DNA of 19,078 nt from contig CAZHRF010000014.1 in the NCBI GenBank assembly GCA_964534625.1, positions 48,823 through 67,900 of the forward strand. The letters are read 5' to 3'. A program made the translations under genes and the position numbers. The notes beneath the pieces were generated by a model, which was not told the origin of the DNA, did not search any database, and saw nothing but the letters and a program-made list of their open reading frames with translations. Below, in pieces: positions 1-8,115 of the stretch (the stretch's first letter is position 1; each line of letters begins with the position of its first letter). This DNA is from an uncultured archaeon (GTDB lineage Archaea; Asgardarchaeota; Heimdallarchaeia; Heimdallarchaeales; Heimdallarchaeaceae).

Positions 1-198
1 TTTTGAAAATCAGACTTGGTGACCATAGCTTCAAAGCGTTTATCCATAGCTTCAAAGCGTTTATCCATAGCTTCAAAGCGTTTATCCATAGCTTCAAGGG
101 CTTTTTGAAAATCAGACTTGGTGACCATAGCTTCAAAGCGTTTATCCATAGCTTCAAGGGCTTTTTGAAAATCAGACTTGGTGACCATAGCTTCAAAG
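1..198. repeat. Coding tandem repeat array of 21-bp and 39-bp units
   Basis: Unit A (ccatagcttcaaagcgtttat) at 23-43, 44-64, 65-85 and 125-145. Unit B (ccatagcttcaagggctttttgaaaatcagacttggtga) at 86-124 and 146-184, with a partial copy at 1-22. Partial unit A at 185-198. Copies are identical and there are no spacers. Confidence 0.97.
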
Positions 199-371
199 TT
201 TTTATTAAAATCCTCTCTCTGTTTTTTCAGCTCAATAAGTACTTGATTAAGTTCATCTCGCTTTACGTAATCTGGATTTAGAACTTTGATGATTTTTTTT
301 CTCCATTCATCATTTGTAAGTAAAGTCTCATATATTTTCTTAAGTAATTTACTTTCTTCTGAAGAAGACAT
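1..371 (-). CDS. Coiled-coil repeat protein, 5' part only (runs off the left edge); resembles the stalk of DUF3782/DUF1640-type proteins, often linked to a PD-(D/E)XK nuclease
   Basis: Translated by hand from the ATG at 371 with no stop before base 1: MSSSEESKLLKKIYETLLTNDEWRKKIIKVLNPDYVKRDELNQVLIELKKQREDFNKNFEAMVTKSDFQKALEAMDKRFEAMVTKSDFQKALEAMDKRFEAMDKRFEAMDKRFEAMVTKSDFQ. Missing from the ORF track because it is open-ended. Any C-terminal domain lies outside the window. Confidence 0.85.
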   Translation of the reverse strand, partial: MSSSEESKLLKKIYETLLTNDEWRKKIIKVLNPDYVKRDELNQVLIELKKQREDFNKNFEAMVTKSDFQKALEAMDKRFEAMVTKSDFQKALEAMDKRFEAMDKRFEAMDKRFEAMVTKSDFQ

Positions 372-509
372 CTAACCAATGATATATACTCAAAAAGACT
401 ATAAAAGACTACCTATCCAAAATACCTTAAAGTGAACAAATAAATAAAAATAACTTTAGTGACAAGTCTCCATCCCAAAAAAAGATAAAAGGTTAGTAAA
501 GAGTAGTAA

Positions 510-1598
510 CTAGTATTTTTCTGTATGAGGGACACCAAGATAGGGAAATGATTGAGAGATAACTTGATCCATGCCTTTAAACCACTTACTCTCTGTATAA
601 TCCAATTTGAGCTTTTCAGCATATTTACTTTCAATAATCTCAATTAGATTTTCTAGCGATTGAAGGAGAAAATAACTAGTTTGACTGCAGATGATAGCTG
701 CTGAACACAGTTTTCCTTCTTCGATTATTAATTTTCTATCGCCAGTAACAATTTTTTTAAGTGGTTGCTTTGACCTAGTTGTTTCAGCCATAAAAATTTG
801 GAACGCATTCAAAGAAGCTGTTATTAAATCAATGGGTAACTCTTCATTATCTTCAGTTTCTATATCTGTTTCTACATATTTACCTGCATAGACTAACATA
901 CCTAATTTATTGAAAATTATAATCGTATCTATTTTAAATGGTAATCTAAAAATATAGTTTATTCGCACTATGTAAAATATAGTAAAAACTAAAATACCTA
1001 AAATCTTTAAGACCTCTCCTATATCAGCTAGAGATCCAGGACTCCAAAACTCTTTAATCATCCCTATTGTAAATCCTATTGTTAGGAATATCAGAGCTAT
1101 AGAAATGATTAACCCAGGAATTTCTTCTGTAGTCCTATATGTCTTATAATGAACATACGCACCATACATGAAAACAACAAATCCAATTAGCGAATAGAGA
1201 AAACTCCATATGCTATCAACATGAGAGTGAAAAGTGTCACTAACTAAATCTTCACGAACCCAAATTAGACCAAAAGTTATATGCTCTATAGTTAATATTA
1301 AAGCTAAAGAAAATAATATTGGATTAATCCTATCGCTTGTTAGCTGAGAGAAAAATACTAATGCCAAAAGATACATTATACACCATGTACCTAAATGAGC
1401 CACTAGAACATAATCTCTTGCTAACCCAGAAAATAATGGTCTTATTGTTTTAAGCAACGAAGCTATAACGCCAATAAAAACAGCTATTGTTAAGCTGTAA
1501 GCTTTCCTCTTATTTCTGATGGATTGTATAACAAAGATAACACCTATGATAAACATCAAGATAGCAATGATTAAATCAAAGTATTCAACTAAATTCAT
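510..1598 (-). CDS. Seven-transmembrane protein fused to a C-terminal longin-like domain
   Basis: Seven hydrophobic segments in aa ~6-212, then a soluble ~135 aa domain with a longin-type pattern: IIIFNKLGMLVY (beta hairpin), DLITASLNAFQIFMAE (helix 1), LKKIVTGDRKLIIEEGKLCSAAIIC (three strands), then two helices ending in FPY. Confidence 0.75.
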   Translation of the reverse strand: MNLVEYFDLIIAILMFIIGVIFVIQSIRNKRKAYSLTIAVFIGVIASLLKTIRPLFSGLARDYVLVAHLGTWCIMYLLALVFFSQLTSDRINPILFSLALILTIEHITFGLIWVREDLVSDTFHSHVDSIWSFLYSLIGFVVFMYGAYVHYKTYRTTEEIPGLIISIALIFLTIGFTIGMIKEFWSPGSLADIGEVLKILGILVFTIFYIVRINYIFRLPFKIDTIIIFNKLGMLVYAGKYVETDIETEDNEELPIDLITASLNAFQIFMAETTRSKQPLKKIVTGDRKLIIEEGKLCSAAIICSQTSYFLLQSLENLIEIIESKYAEKLKLDYTESKWFKGMDQVISQSFPYLGVPHTEKY

Positions 1599-1619
1599 AA
1601 TCCAACATAATGTCTTTTC

Positions 1620-1627
1620 TATATAAA
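1620..1627 (-). promoter_or_regulatory. Archaeal TATA box (TTTATATA) for a probably leaderless 7TM-longin mRNA
   Basis: Lies ~22 nt upstream of the ATG at 1598 with no SD. The same spacing recurs before the ATGs at 10994 and 16262. Confidence 0.6.
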
Positions 1628-1889
1628 AATTGCGTGAGCTCTTGTAATAATTTATAAAAATAAAAACACCGATTTTGACAAGTTTTCAATTAGTCCATCA
1701 ACCCTCATAGTTTGTTCTGCACCAAAGCTTAATTGTAAATCTTTATTGAGAAATGTATCTTATTTACATACTAACGGGGTAAAATTGTAGCATCTCGAAT
1801 TTATAAGATTGATTTTTAGGTATTCTTGTTACATTCTATATCATGAGGAAATAATAACTTTTTTAACTTCATTCTTTAAATTTCTTCCT

Positions 1890-3242
1890 ATGGATTTGGG
1901 TGAACCAACAAATTTTTCCAATATCTACGATGAAGAAAAAAGTGATGAAATAATTATTGAAAAAAATGATAAAGTAGCACTCTTTTCACGCACAGTTGGG
2001 TTAAGCGTTTCCCGTGGATTTGTTGCACCCTTTGTTTCAATTATAGCTTTGAGCATGGGGGCGGGAGCGGGGATATTAGCATGGATTCAAAGTATAGCAA
2101 ATTTACTTTCCACTTTTCTAAATCCTGTTTTTGGATTACTATCTGATAAATTAAAAAAGAGGATACCTTTCATAATAATTTCAACTATTACTTGGAGCAT
2201 ACCTTACATCTTTTTACAAAATGTTAAGCAGCCAGCTTATTTTGTTTTAATTATAGCTGCTGTAAATCTCCTATTAAGTTTGGGTTTACCTGCTAGTCAA
2301 GCGTTTCAGAACGAAGTATTCCCACCCAAAGAAAGAGCTGAACTATCTGGTAAAATATTCTGGTATGATGCCATAGGATCAATGATGGCAACCATTTTTA
2401 CCGGTATAATCTTGACCTATGTCTTCGGTGATCAAAACTATCAAAAAACAATTTTGATACCTGTCATAGCAGGTATAGTATTATCTGTGATTAGTGTTAT
2501 GCCATTTTTTAGAGTACAAGAACCAAGCGAAAGAGAAGGCACTTATCAACAAATTACTCGAAAATTAGGAGAAAGTTTCAAGCATGCTTTTAAAAACAAG
2601 GATTTCAAAAGATTCTTGTTAATATCTATGTCTTATTCTTTCTTCTGGAGTTTTGCATGGCCACTATTTCCTATTAAGCAATACACCATCTTAGGGGGAA
2701 AAGCAATTGAAATAGCTATTTTGAGTATCTTATTTTCTGTAAATACCATCTTTTTTATTGGTCTAGGAGCTAAATTAAGTGATAAAATAGGAAGAGTGAA
2801 ATTGATAACCTTTTCTCGCTTTATTATGGGGACTTTTCCCTTGTTTTATATATTTGTAACAGAAATATGGCATCTCTATCTGGTACATTTCATTATTAGT
2901 TCCTTTGTTACTCTGGGAGCATCAAGTTTTACAGCGTATCTTATGGATATAACTCCAAAAGAAGAAGGAGGAAGCTACTTTGGTATATTTAACATGATAA
3001 CGGGGATATTCTTTTTTCTAGGGTCCTTAGCTGGAGGTTACTTGGTTGAGGTTTTAGGCAGGTATTTTACTTTATCTTTAGCTTTAGGTGTAGCTTTAGC
3101 TCTTTCTTCATGTGGTAGATTTATTGTGTCGATTTTTTATATGAGTATGAAAGAAGTTAAAACCTTCCCCACATCGCTGAAAGGAGTTTTTGCACACTTT
3201 ATTGAAAGAAGAAAAGCATTTAAATGGTACAATAAAGGCTAA
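1890..3242 (+). CDS. Major facilitator superfamily (MFS) transporter
   Basis: About 12 TM segments, with MFS motif A in both halves (GLLSDKLKKR and AKLSDKIGRVK). Start moved from the TTG at 1809 to the ATG at 1890 (MDLGEP), because the upstream extension looks non-coding. Confidence 0.92.
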   Translation: MDLGEPTNFSNIYDEEKSDEIIIEKNDKVALFSRTVGLSVSRGFVAPFVSIIALSMGAGAGILAWIQSIANLLSTFLNPVFGLLSDKLKKRIPFIIISTITWSIPYIFLQNVKQPAYFVLIIAAVNLLLSLGLPASQAFQNEVFPPKERAELSGKIFWYDAIGSMMATIFTGIILTYVFGDQNYQKTILIPVIAGIVLSVISVMPFFRVQEPSEREGTYQQITRKLGESFKHAFKNKDFKRFLLISMSYSFFWSFAWPLFPIKQYTILGGKAIEIAILSILFSVNTIFFIGLGAKLSDKIGRVKLITFSRFIMGTFPLFYIFVTEIWHLYLVHFIISSFVTLGASSFTAYLMDITPKEEGGSYFGIFNMITGIFFFLGSLAGGYLVEVLGRYFTLSLALGVALALSSCGRFIVSIFYMSMKEVKTFPTSLKGVFAHFIERRKAFKWYNKG

Positions 3243-3475
3243 TTCAATTTAGAGATTAGTAAAAAAAACGCAAAAGTTGGACAGAAGCCAAAGGTTTACC
3301 CAATATAAGAGAAAATATTAACACCTATCAAATTAATACATTTGAAAAAGGTAGAGATCTAGCCATTGTCGATTATCATTCTATTTACGAAACGACAGAT
3401 TATGGTAAAAATTGGCAAAAAATTGCTGATTTTAATGAGAAACTATTTCAGATACTAGATTACACTATTAACTAG
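3243..3475 (+). pseudogene. Relic of an Asp-box/BNR-repeat (beta-propeller) protein C-terminus
   Basis: The frame 3272-3475 reads KSWTEAKGLPNIRENINTYQINTFEKGRDLAIVDYHSIYETTDYGKNWQKIADFNEKLFQILDYTIN*. TTDYGKNW is a canonical Asp-box. Restoring one base at 3270-3271 joins the upstream LEISKKN to give ISKKNGKSW, a degenerate second box. No start codon. Confidence 0.65.
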
Positions 3476-3734
3476 TTCCTCTTTTTCAGTTGATACATCT
3501 ATTTTCTATTTTTATTTTTTAAAAACAATCTTGGAGCATATAAGATGTAAGTACATCAAACTTAAGAAAGACTTTACATTATACTGCAAATGCCCCTCCC
3601 TTCTTGTATGGGGTTCCTTGTTAGAACAGATGATATTGACAAAAATACTCTTCTAATAAGGTAATTTCATTTTTATTTTTTTCCGAATGTGAGAGTTGGG
3701 TAAAATATTTATAGTTTGTGTTTTTCTTAAAATT

Positions 3735-5717
3735 ATGACGGAAAGGGAAGAGTTCTCTATTCTTACAAATAATCCCCATTTGTCTTTATCTGAGCTCGTC
3801 AATATTTTTACAGAAGCGCCTATTTGTATCTTTAAGTCAACAGAAACAGGCAAATTATTGTACATTAACCAAACAGGTGCTGAAATGTTTGGTTACTCTT
3901 CCCCTAAAATTATGATTGATCATATTAATTCCAAAGAAGAAGGTACAACTATTCTTTATCCATACTCTGACATTCGCTTAAGCAAAATAGAAAACGTTTT
4001 GAATTGTGAAGGATGGGTAATAACAACCAACGCTTTTAGATGTAAAGATGGTACTGTTTTTACTGGTAAAAGCTATGTGAGAAAAGTGCCTTATACTAAT
4101 GATGAGTGGGCATTTCAAGGTTTTATTAAAGATATAACCGAAACAAAAGAATCAGCTGATTCCACATTAGAACAACAAATAATTGAACGTCTTATAAATA
4201 TTAATGTTTTAGCCATGAGTTATGTTGACAAAAATGGTAAAGTTATTTTCAGCAATAAAAAACATGATGATTTGTTTGAAATCTCACGTCAAGAAACAGT
4301 TTCACGCACATTTGATGACAAAAAATGGCAAATAATAGATTATGAAGGAAAACCTTTTTCGGAAAAATTGCTACCTGTTAATCAAGTTATGAGTAAAAAC
4401 AGGGCAGTATATGGTATTAAACATGCAGTAAAGAAAGTTAATGGAGAAATGGCTTATTTAGATGTTAATTCAGCTCCAATATTTGATAATTCTGGCAATG
4501 TAGAAGGAGTAATATCGAGTATAGCGGATTTAACTCCCCTTGTAGAATCAAAAAGAATAATTGAACAGTCCGAAAAACTTTACCGTAGTTTATCTGACAT
4601 TACAAGTTTATTAATTAATGCGCCCATTCATGAATATGAAAAACCGATTATGCAAGCATTAAGTAAGATAGGTAATTATTTATCGGGCGTGGATAGTATC
4701 TATATTTTTGAGATATCAAAAAATCGAGAAACGTTTAGTATGATCCATGAATGGTGCGGTAAAGGCATTTCAAAGCAAAAATCTATACTCCAAAACTTAC
4801 CTGTAGACGATTTTCATTATGTTTTTACCAACTTAAGAAATAATGAGATTTTACATGTACCTGCTGTAGATAAATTGCCAGATGAGGCAACTGCTTTTAA
4901 AAATGAACTACAACGAGAGACCATTAAAAGCACATTGCATGTGGGGTTCTACCAACATGGCAAACTAACAGGTTTCTTAGGTCTTGATTCAATGAGAGAT
5001 TATAAAAACTGGACTGAAACGGAGATTTCCTATTGCCACTTGGTTTCTAGCAGTTTGAATGGATTTATACAAAACAAAAACTATATTGATCTTCTTATGA
5101 GAGAAAAAAGAGAGTTGTCTGCCTTCGCTGAAATCATATCACATGATATCAATAACAACTTGACGATCATTGAAGGTTTTTTGGATTTAAGTATTGAAGA
5201 CGAGGAAAACACCACTCCGTATCTTAAAAAGATGAAAGATAAAATTTGTCAGACAAGAAAAACTTTGACTAAATCATTAGAATTAGCCAAAGCAGGTCAA
5301 ATTATAGGTGAACTGGAACAGATCAATATTAAAAAGATGGTAGATGAAATAGCTGACAGTTTACCACAGGTAGATATATCATGCACCGTTATACCTTCTG
5401 TTAAAGGCGACAAGCAGAAAGTAAGACAAATATTAGCAAATATCTTTAGTAATGCTATTCAACATGGAAATGCTTCAGAAATTGAAGTAACAAATAAAAA
5501 GAATGTAGCAGGCGGATTTACAATTCAGATATGTAATAATGGAGAAAAAATTTCTAAGGAAATTATTGATAAAATATGGAAAAAAAGATTTACAACAAAA
5601 AATGATCATCAAGGGCTAGGATTAAATATTGTTCAAAGAATAATACAAGCACATGGGTGGGTTATTAGTGTTACTTCCACTGAGACAAAAACGTGCTTTA
5701 ATATTTTGATAAAATAA
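3735..5717 (+). CDS. Soluble PAS-PAS-GAF sensor histidine kinase
   Basis: PAS/PAC motifs (LLYINQTGAEMFGY, GFIKDIT; VIFSNKK, NSAPIFDNSGNVEGVISSIADLT), a GAF domain (IHEWC, GKLTGFLGLDS), H box SHDINNNL (His codon 5142-5144), N box NIFSNAIQHG and G2 box GLGLNIV. No TM segment. Start set at the ATG at 3735 rather than the TTG at 3696. Confidence 0.93.
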   Translation: MTEREEFSILTNNPHLSLSELVNIFTEAPICIFKSTETGKLLYINQTGAEMFGYSSPKIMIDHINSKEEGTTILYPYSDIRLSKIENVLNCEGWVITTNAFRCKDGTVFTGKSYVRKVPYTNDEWAFQGFIKDITETKESADSTLEQQIIERLININVLAMSYVDKNGKVIFSNKKHDDLFEISRQETVSRTFDDKKWQIIDYEGKPFSEKLLPVNQVMSKNRAVYGIKHAVKKVNGEMAYLDVNSAPIFDNSGNVEGVISSIADLTPLVESKRIIEQSEKLYRSLSDITSLLINAPIHEYEKPIMQALSKIGNYLSGVDSIYIFEISKNRETFSMIHEWCGKGISKQKSILQNLPVDDFHYVFTNLRNNEILHVPAVDKLPDEATAFKNELQRETIKSTLHVGFYQHGKLTGFLGLDSMRDYKNWTETEISYCHLVSSSLNGFIQNKNYIDLLMREKRELSAFAEIISHDINNNLTIIEGFLDLSIEDEENTTPYLKKMKDKICQTRKTLTKSLELAKAGQIIGELEQINIKKMVDEIADSLPQVDISCTVIPSVKGDKQKVRQILANIFSNAIQHGNASEIEVTNKKNVAGGFTIQICNNGEKISKEIIDKIWKKRFTTKNDHQGLGLNIVQRIIQAHGWVISVTSTETKTCFNILIK

Positions 5718-5848
5718 AAGAAAAGTATCGAAATTACGATAATAAGCAGATCATTTTTCTTAATTAAAAAACATGTTACCTATACGATTGCTCTATCCTT
5801 AATGTGATCTCTCAATTCCTAAACCAGATGATAAATCGTATAGGCTTA

Positions 5849-6553
5849 TTACAAATTCAATATCAAATGTCTCTTTATATCAGTCACAATACTATTAGGT
5901 AATGTTTCATGGGGATAATTTTTTTCTATGCATTTTATATTAAGATTTTGAGCTAATTTCACAGCATTAAGTCCTTCTTTTTCTTTACCCATATTTGAAG
6001 CATACATTACTGCTTTTTCTTTGAGAAATTGTAAAAATAGCTCTTTAGAATACGATCCTTTTGCCCAGTCTTGATCAACTAATGGATCAATCAAAATGAG
6101 ACTTTTGATCTTCTTTCTTGTTTCTGGTGCAGATAACAATATATCAAAAATTTTAGCTGCTCCTATTCCATAGGCAATTATTCCTATTCTAACGTCTTTC
6201 TTAGTTATTTTTTCGAATATATAATTGAATTGTTTTGAATACTGGTTTTCATCTCCATTATCTTTGAAGGAATAAGGTACTAGTGCACTAACACCCCATT
6301 CTTTTTCTGTAAATTCTTTAAAATAAGGACGCATAGATGCTTCTTTTTCTCTATTTTGATTAAATACTGATCCATTCCAAATTGCTGCTTTTCCTGAATC
6401 GCTTGGGAAAATAATTATCTCTGTGTCAGATTCAAAGGTTTTTTTACTTGTTAAAAAATAATCTTTATCATCTAATTTATATTTATACAAAAGGTTCTCA
6501 TCTGCTAATTGAAGAAGGTGCAAATCTTCTTTAGTAATTTCTTTATCTTTCAT
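5849..6553 (-). CDS. Arb2/FAM172-like alpha/beta-hydrolase-fold protein, probably catalytically inactive
   Basis: Motif order matches the FAM172A/Arb2 domain as I recall it: IIIFPSDSGKAAIW, SMRPYF..WGVSALVP, IIAYGIGA, LILIDP, HETLP. SD AGGTGAT at 6562-6568 on the minus strand. Confidence 0.65.
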   Translation of the reverse strand: MKDKEITKEDLHLLQLADENLLYKYKLDDKDYFLTSKKTFESDTEIIIFPSDSGKAAIWNGSVFNQNREKEASMRPYFKEFTEKEWGVSALVPYSFKDNGDENQYSKQFNYIFEKITKKDVRIGIIAYGIGAAKIFDILLSAPETRKKIKSLILIDPLVDQDWAKGSYSKELFLQFLKEKAVMYASNMGKEKEGLNAVKLAQNLNIKCIEKNYPHETLPNSIVTDIKRHLILNL

Positions 6554-6707
6554 TGTATTATATCACCTGTTCTTATCATTATAATTAATTAGTATTTATC
6601 AGTGTATTGATAATTTTTTTTGCTTAAGTTGCTTGTTTATATAAATAACTATTAAAAAAAACATGAAAAAGTATAAACATTCCAAATCAACCCAGATATC
6701 TTTGTAT

Positions 6708-7184
6708 TTAACCACCAGGACTACCATGACCAACTGAATCGTGATAGTATGTTTCCCATGCATCTTCAATATCAAATGTCTCTTTTTCTACAAGATTTGC
6801 CTGTATCCTTTTAAGCATTTTATGATGACGTTTTTCGTCATTGTATATCTCTTTGATTACTACTTTTGCCCGTTCATTTTCTAATTCGTCGAGCAATTTT
6901 TTGTAAGTTTCAATGGCTTTTGCTTCTAGTTCTATGTGTTTTTGTACATTCTTAGCTAATTCATCTCGCTTTTCTTCATCTATGAAAGGCGTTGGCTCTT
7001 CAACTAATCCAATTATTGCGGATAACATGCTCCGGTGTTTGGTTGAATCAATAGTAATAGACATTATCATCTCCCGGATAAGAGCGTTCTTGATACTTTT
7101 TGCTGATTCTTGAGATATTTTAATAATCTCTGCTTCTAATTCAATTTGAGTTTTACAAAATTCCACTAATTCTTTGTCATTCAT
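6708..7184 (-). CDS. Ferritin-like / rubrerythrin-type four-helix-bundle protein
   Basis: Duplicated helix-pair pattern: ELE...DSTKH and ELE...DEKRH. No CxxC rubredoxin domain. C-terminus is HGSPGG. Confidence 0.85.
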   Translation of the reverse strand: MNDKELVEFCKTQIELEAEIIKISQESAKSIKNALIREMIMSITIDSTKHRSMLSAIIGLVEEPTPFIDEEKRDELAKNVQKHIELEAKAIETYKKLLDELENERAKVVIKEIYNDEKRHHKMLKRIQANLVEKETFDIEDAWETYYHDSVGHGSPGG

Positions 7185-7372
7185 ATATTTTCACTACTTT
7201 AAACGTATTTTATTATTATTAGTAATGGGTATATTTATCTATTGCTGATTAACAAATTTATCAGTAAAAGGCAATGTCAAAAACAAGGTTAAATATTTCA
7301 TCAAAGAGAAGAGTTGAAACAAAATAGTGTTTTTATTAGTTATCGAAACAAAGTTTGACCTAAACTAAATTA

Positions 7373-7380
7373 TTTATATA
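7373..7380 (+). promoter_or_regulatory. TATA box (TTTATATA) for the longin-7TM operon
   Basis: Lies ~58 nt upstream of the ATG at 7439. An SD-like GGTGTGA precedes the ATG, and a small inverted repeat AGTTT-N5-AAACT (7352-7366) lies just upstream of the box. Confidence 0.55.
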
Positions 7381-7438
7381 CGTCGCATAATATATCTTAC
7401 ATGGGTTCTTAACAGATTATATTGGTGTGATAGTGTAA

Positions 7439-8095
7439 ATGAGTAAAAATATTGAAAGCTGTTGGATTATTAGCGAAGAAGGACCAACTATCTTTTCTCA
7501 TACTAAAAAAAATGGGATCGATAATCAGTTATTTGGTGGTGTCTTAACCGCCATTATTTCTTTTGCCAAAGAACTAGGAACAGATATCCATAAAGTTGAC
7601 TTTGATGATACTTCACTTGTAACATTTAAAGTAGAAAAACTGCGCGTTGCTTTGATGGTACAGAAACCTATTGAGGATAGAGAGATTACCAAATATCATG
7701 AAGACTTCAAAAAGCTGAGAATTAGACATCCAGATATTTTTCAGAAAGAACATTATGAAGAGATATATGGAACTCAATTTGCTGAAGAAGTAACCCATCT
7801 TTGCCAATTTATTATGCCCAAGAAACAAGCTATAGAAGACAAAGTAAGAACAGTTTTAGAGCAATATGAAAGAGGAGAGGTCACTAAGCACCAAGCAACT
7901 GATATTCTTATAAAATTACAAGAGAATAAACTTGAGGAAGATAGACAAATTAAAACAGTTCAACAGTTAAATGAGCTCATTTCAAATATGGGATTAAATG
8001 AGGAATATAAGCATACGTTACATAAACTTGTACAAGAATATGAAACTAGAGTAAAACAAGCTGCGCGTAATGTGAAACAATCTTTATTCAGATAA
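7439..8095 (+). CDS. Longin-like domain protein with a C-terminal helical extension
   Basis: N-terminal CWIISEEGPTIFS...DNQLFGGVLTAIISFAKEL...IHKVDFDDTSLVTF...RVALMV is the typical pattern of Asgard longin domains. It is followed by ~90 aa of charged helices. Confidence 0.8.
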   Translation: MSKNIESCWIISEEGPTIFSHTKKNGIDNQLFGGVLTAIISFAKELGTDIHKVDFDDTSLVTFKVEKLRVALMVQKPIEDREITKYHEDFKKLRIRHPDIFQKEHYEEIYGTQFAEEVTHLCQFIMPKKQAIEDKVRTVLEQYERGEVTKHQATDILIKLQENKLEEDRQIKTVQQLNELISNMGLNEEYKHTLHKLVQEYETRVKQAARNVKQSLFR

Positions 8096-8115
8096 TCAAA
8101 AAAAAGGTGAAAAAT

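Noticed and set aside
1-198. CRISPR array
   Set aside because: The repeats are contiguous with no unique spacers, are multiples of 3, and encode a coherent coiled coil on the minus strand.
3-281. Plus-strand 92-aa ORF (HSFKAFI repeats) as a gene or RiPP precursor
   Set aside because: It is the antisense shadow of the repeat gene, and stop-free only because the repeat unit lacks stops.
393-411. Direct repeat aaaagacta x2 upstream of the repeat gene
   Set aside because: Short and low-complexity, and it overlaps the probable TATA region; not enough to call a binding site.
1652-1760. Short minus-strand open frame (DTFLNKDLQLSFGAEQTMRVDGLIENLSKSVFLFL) as a gene relic
   Set aside because: No recognisable motif, too short, and within a divergent promoter region.
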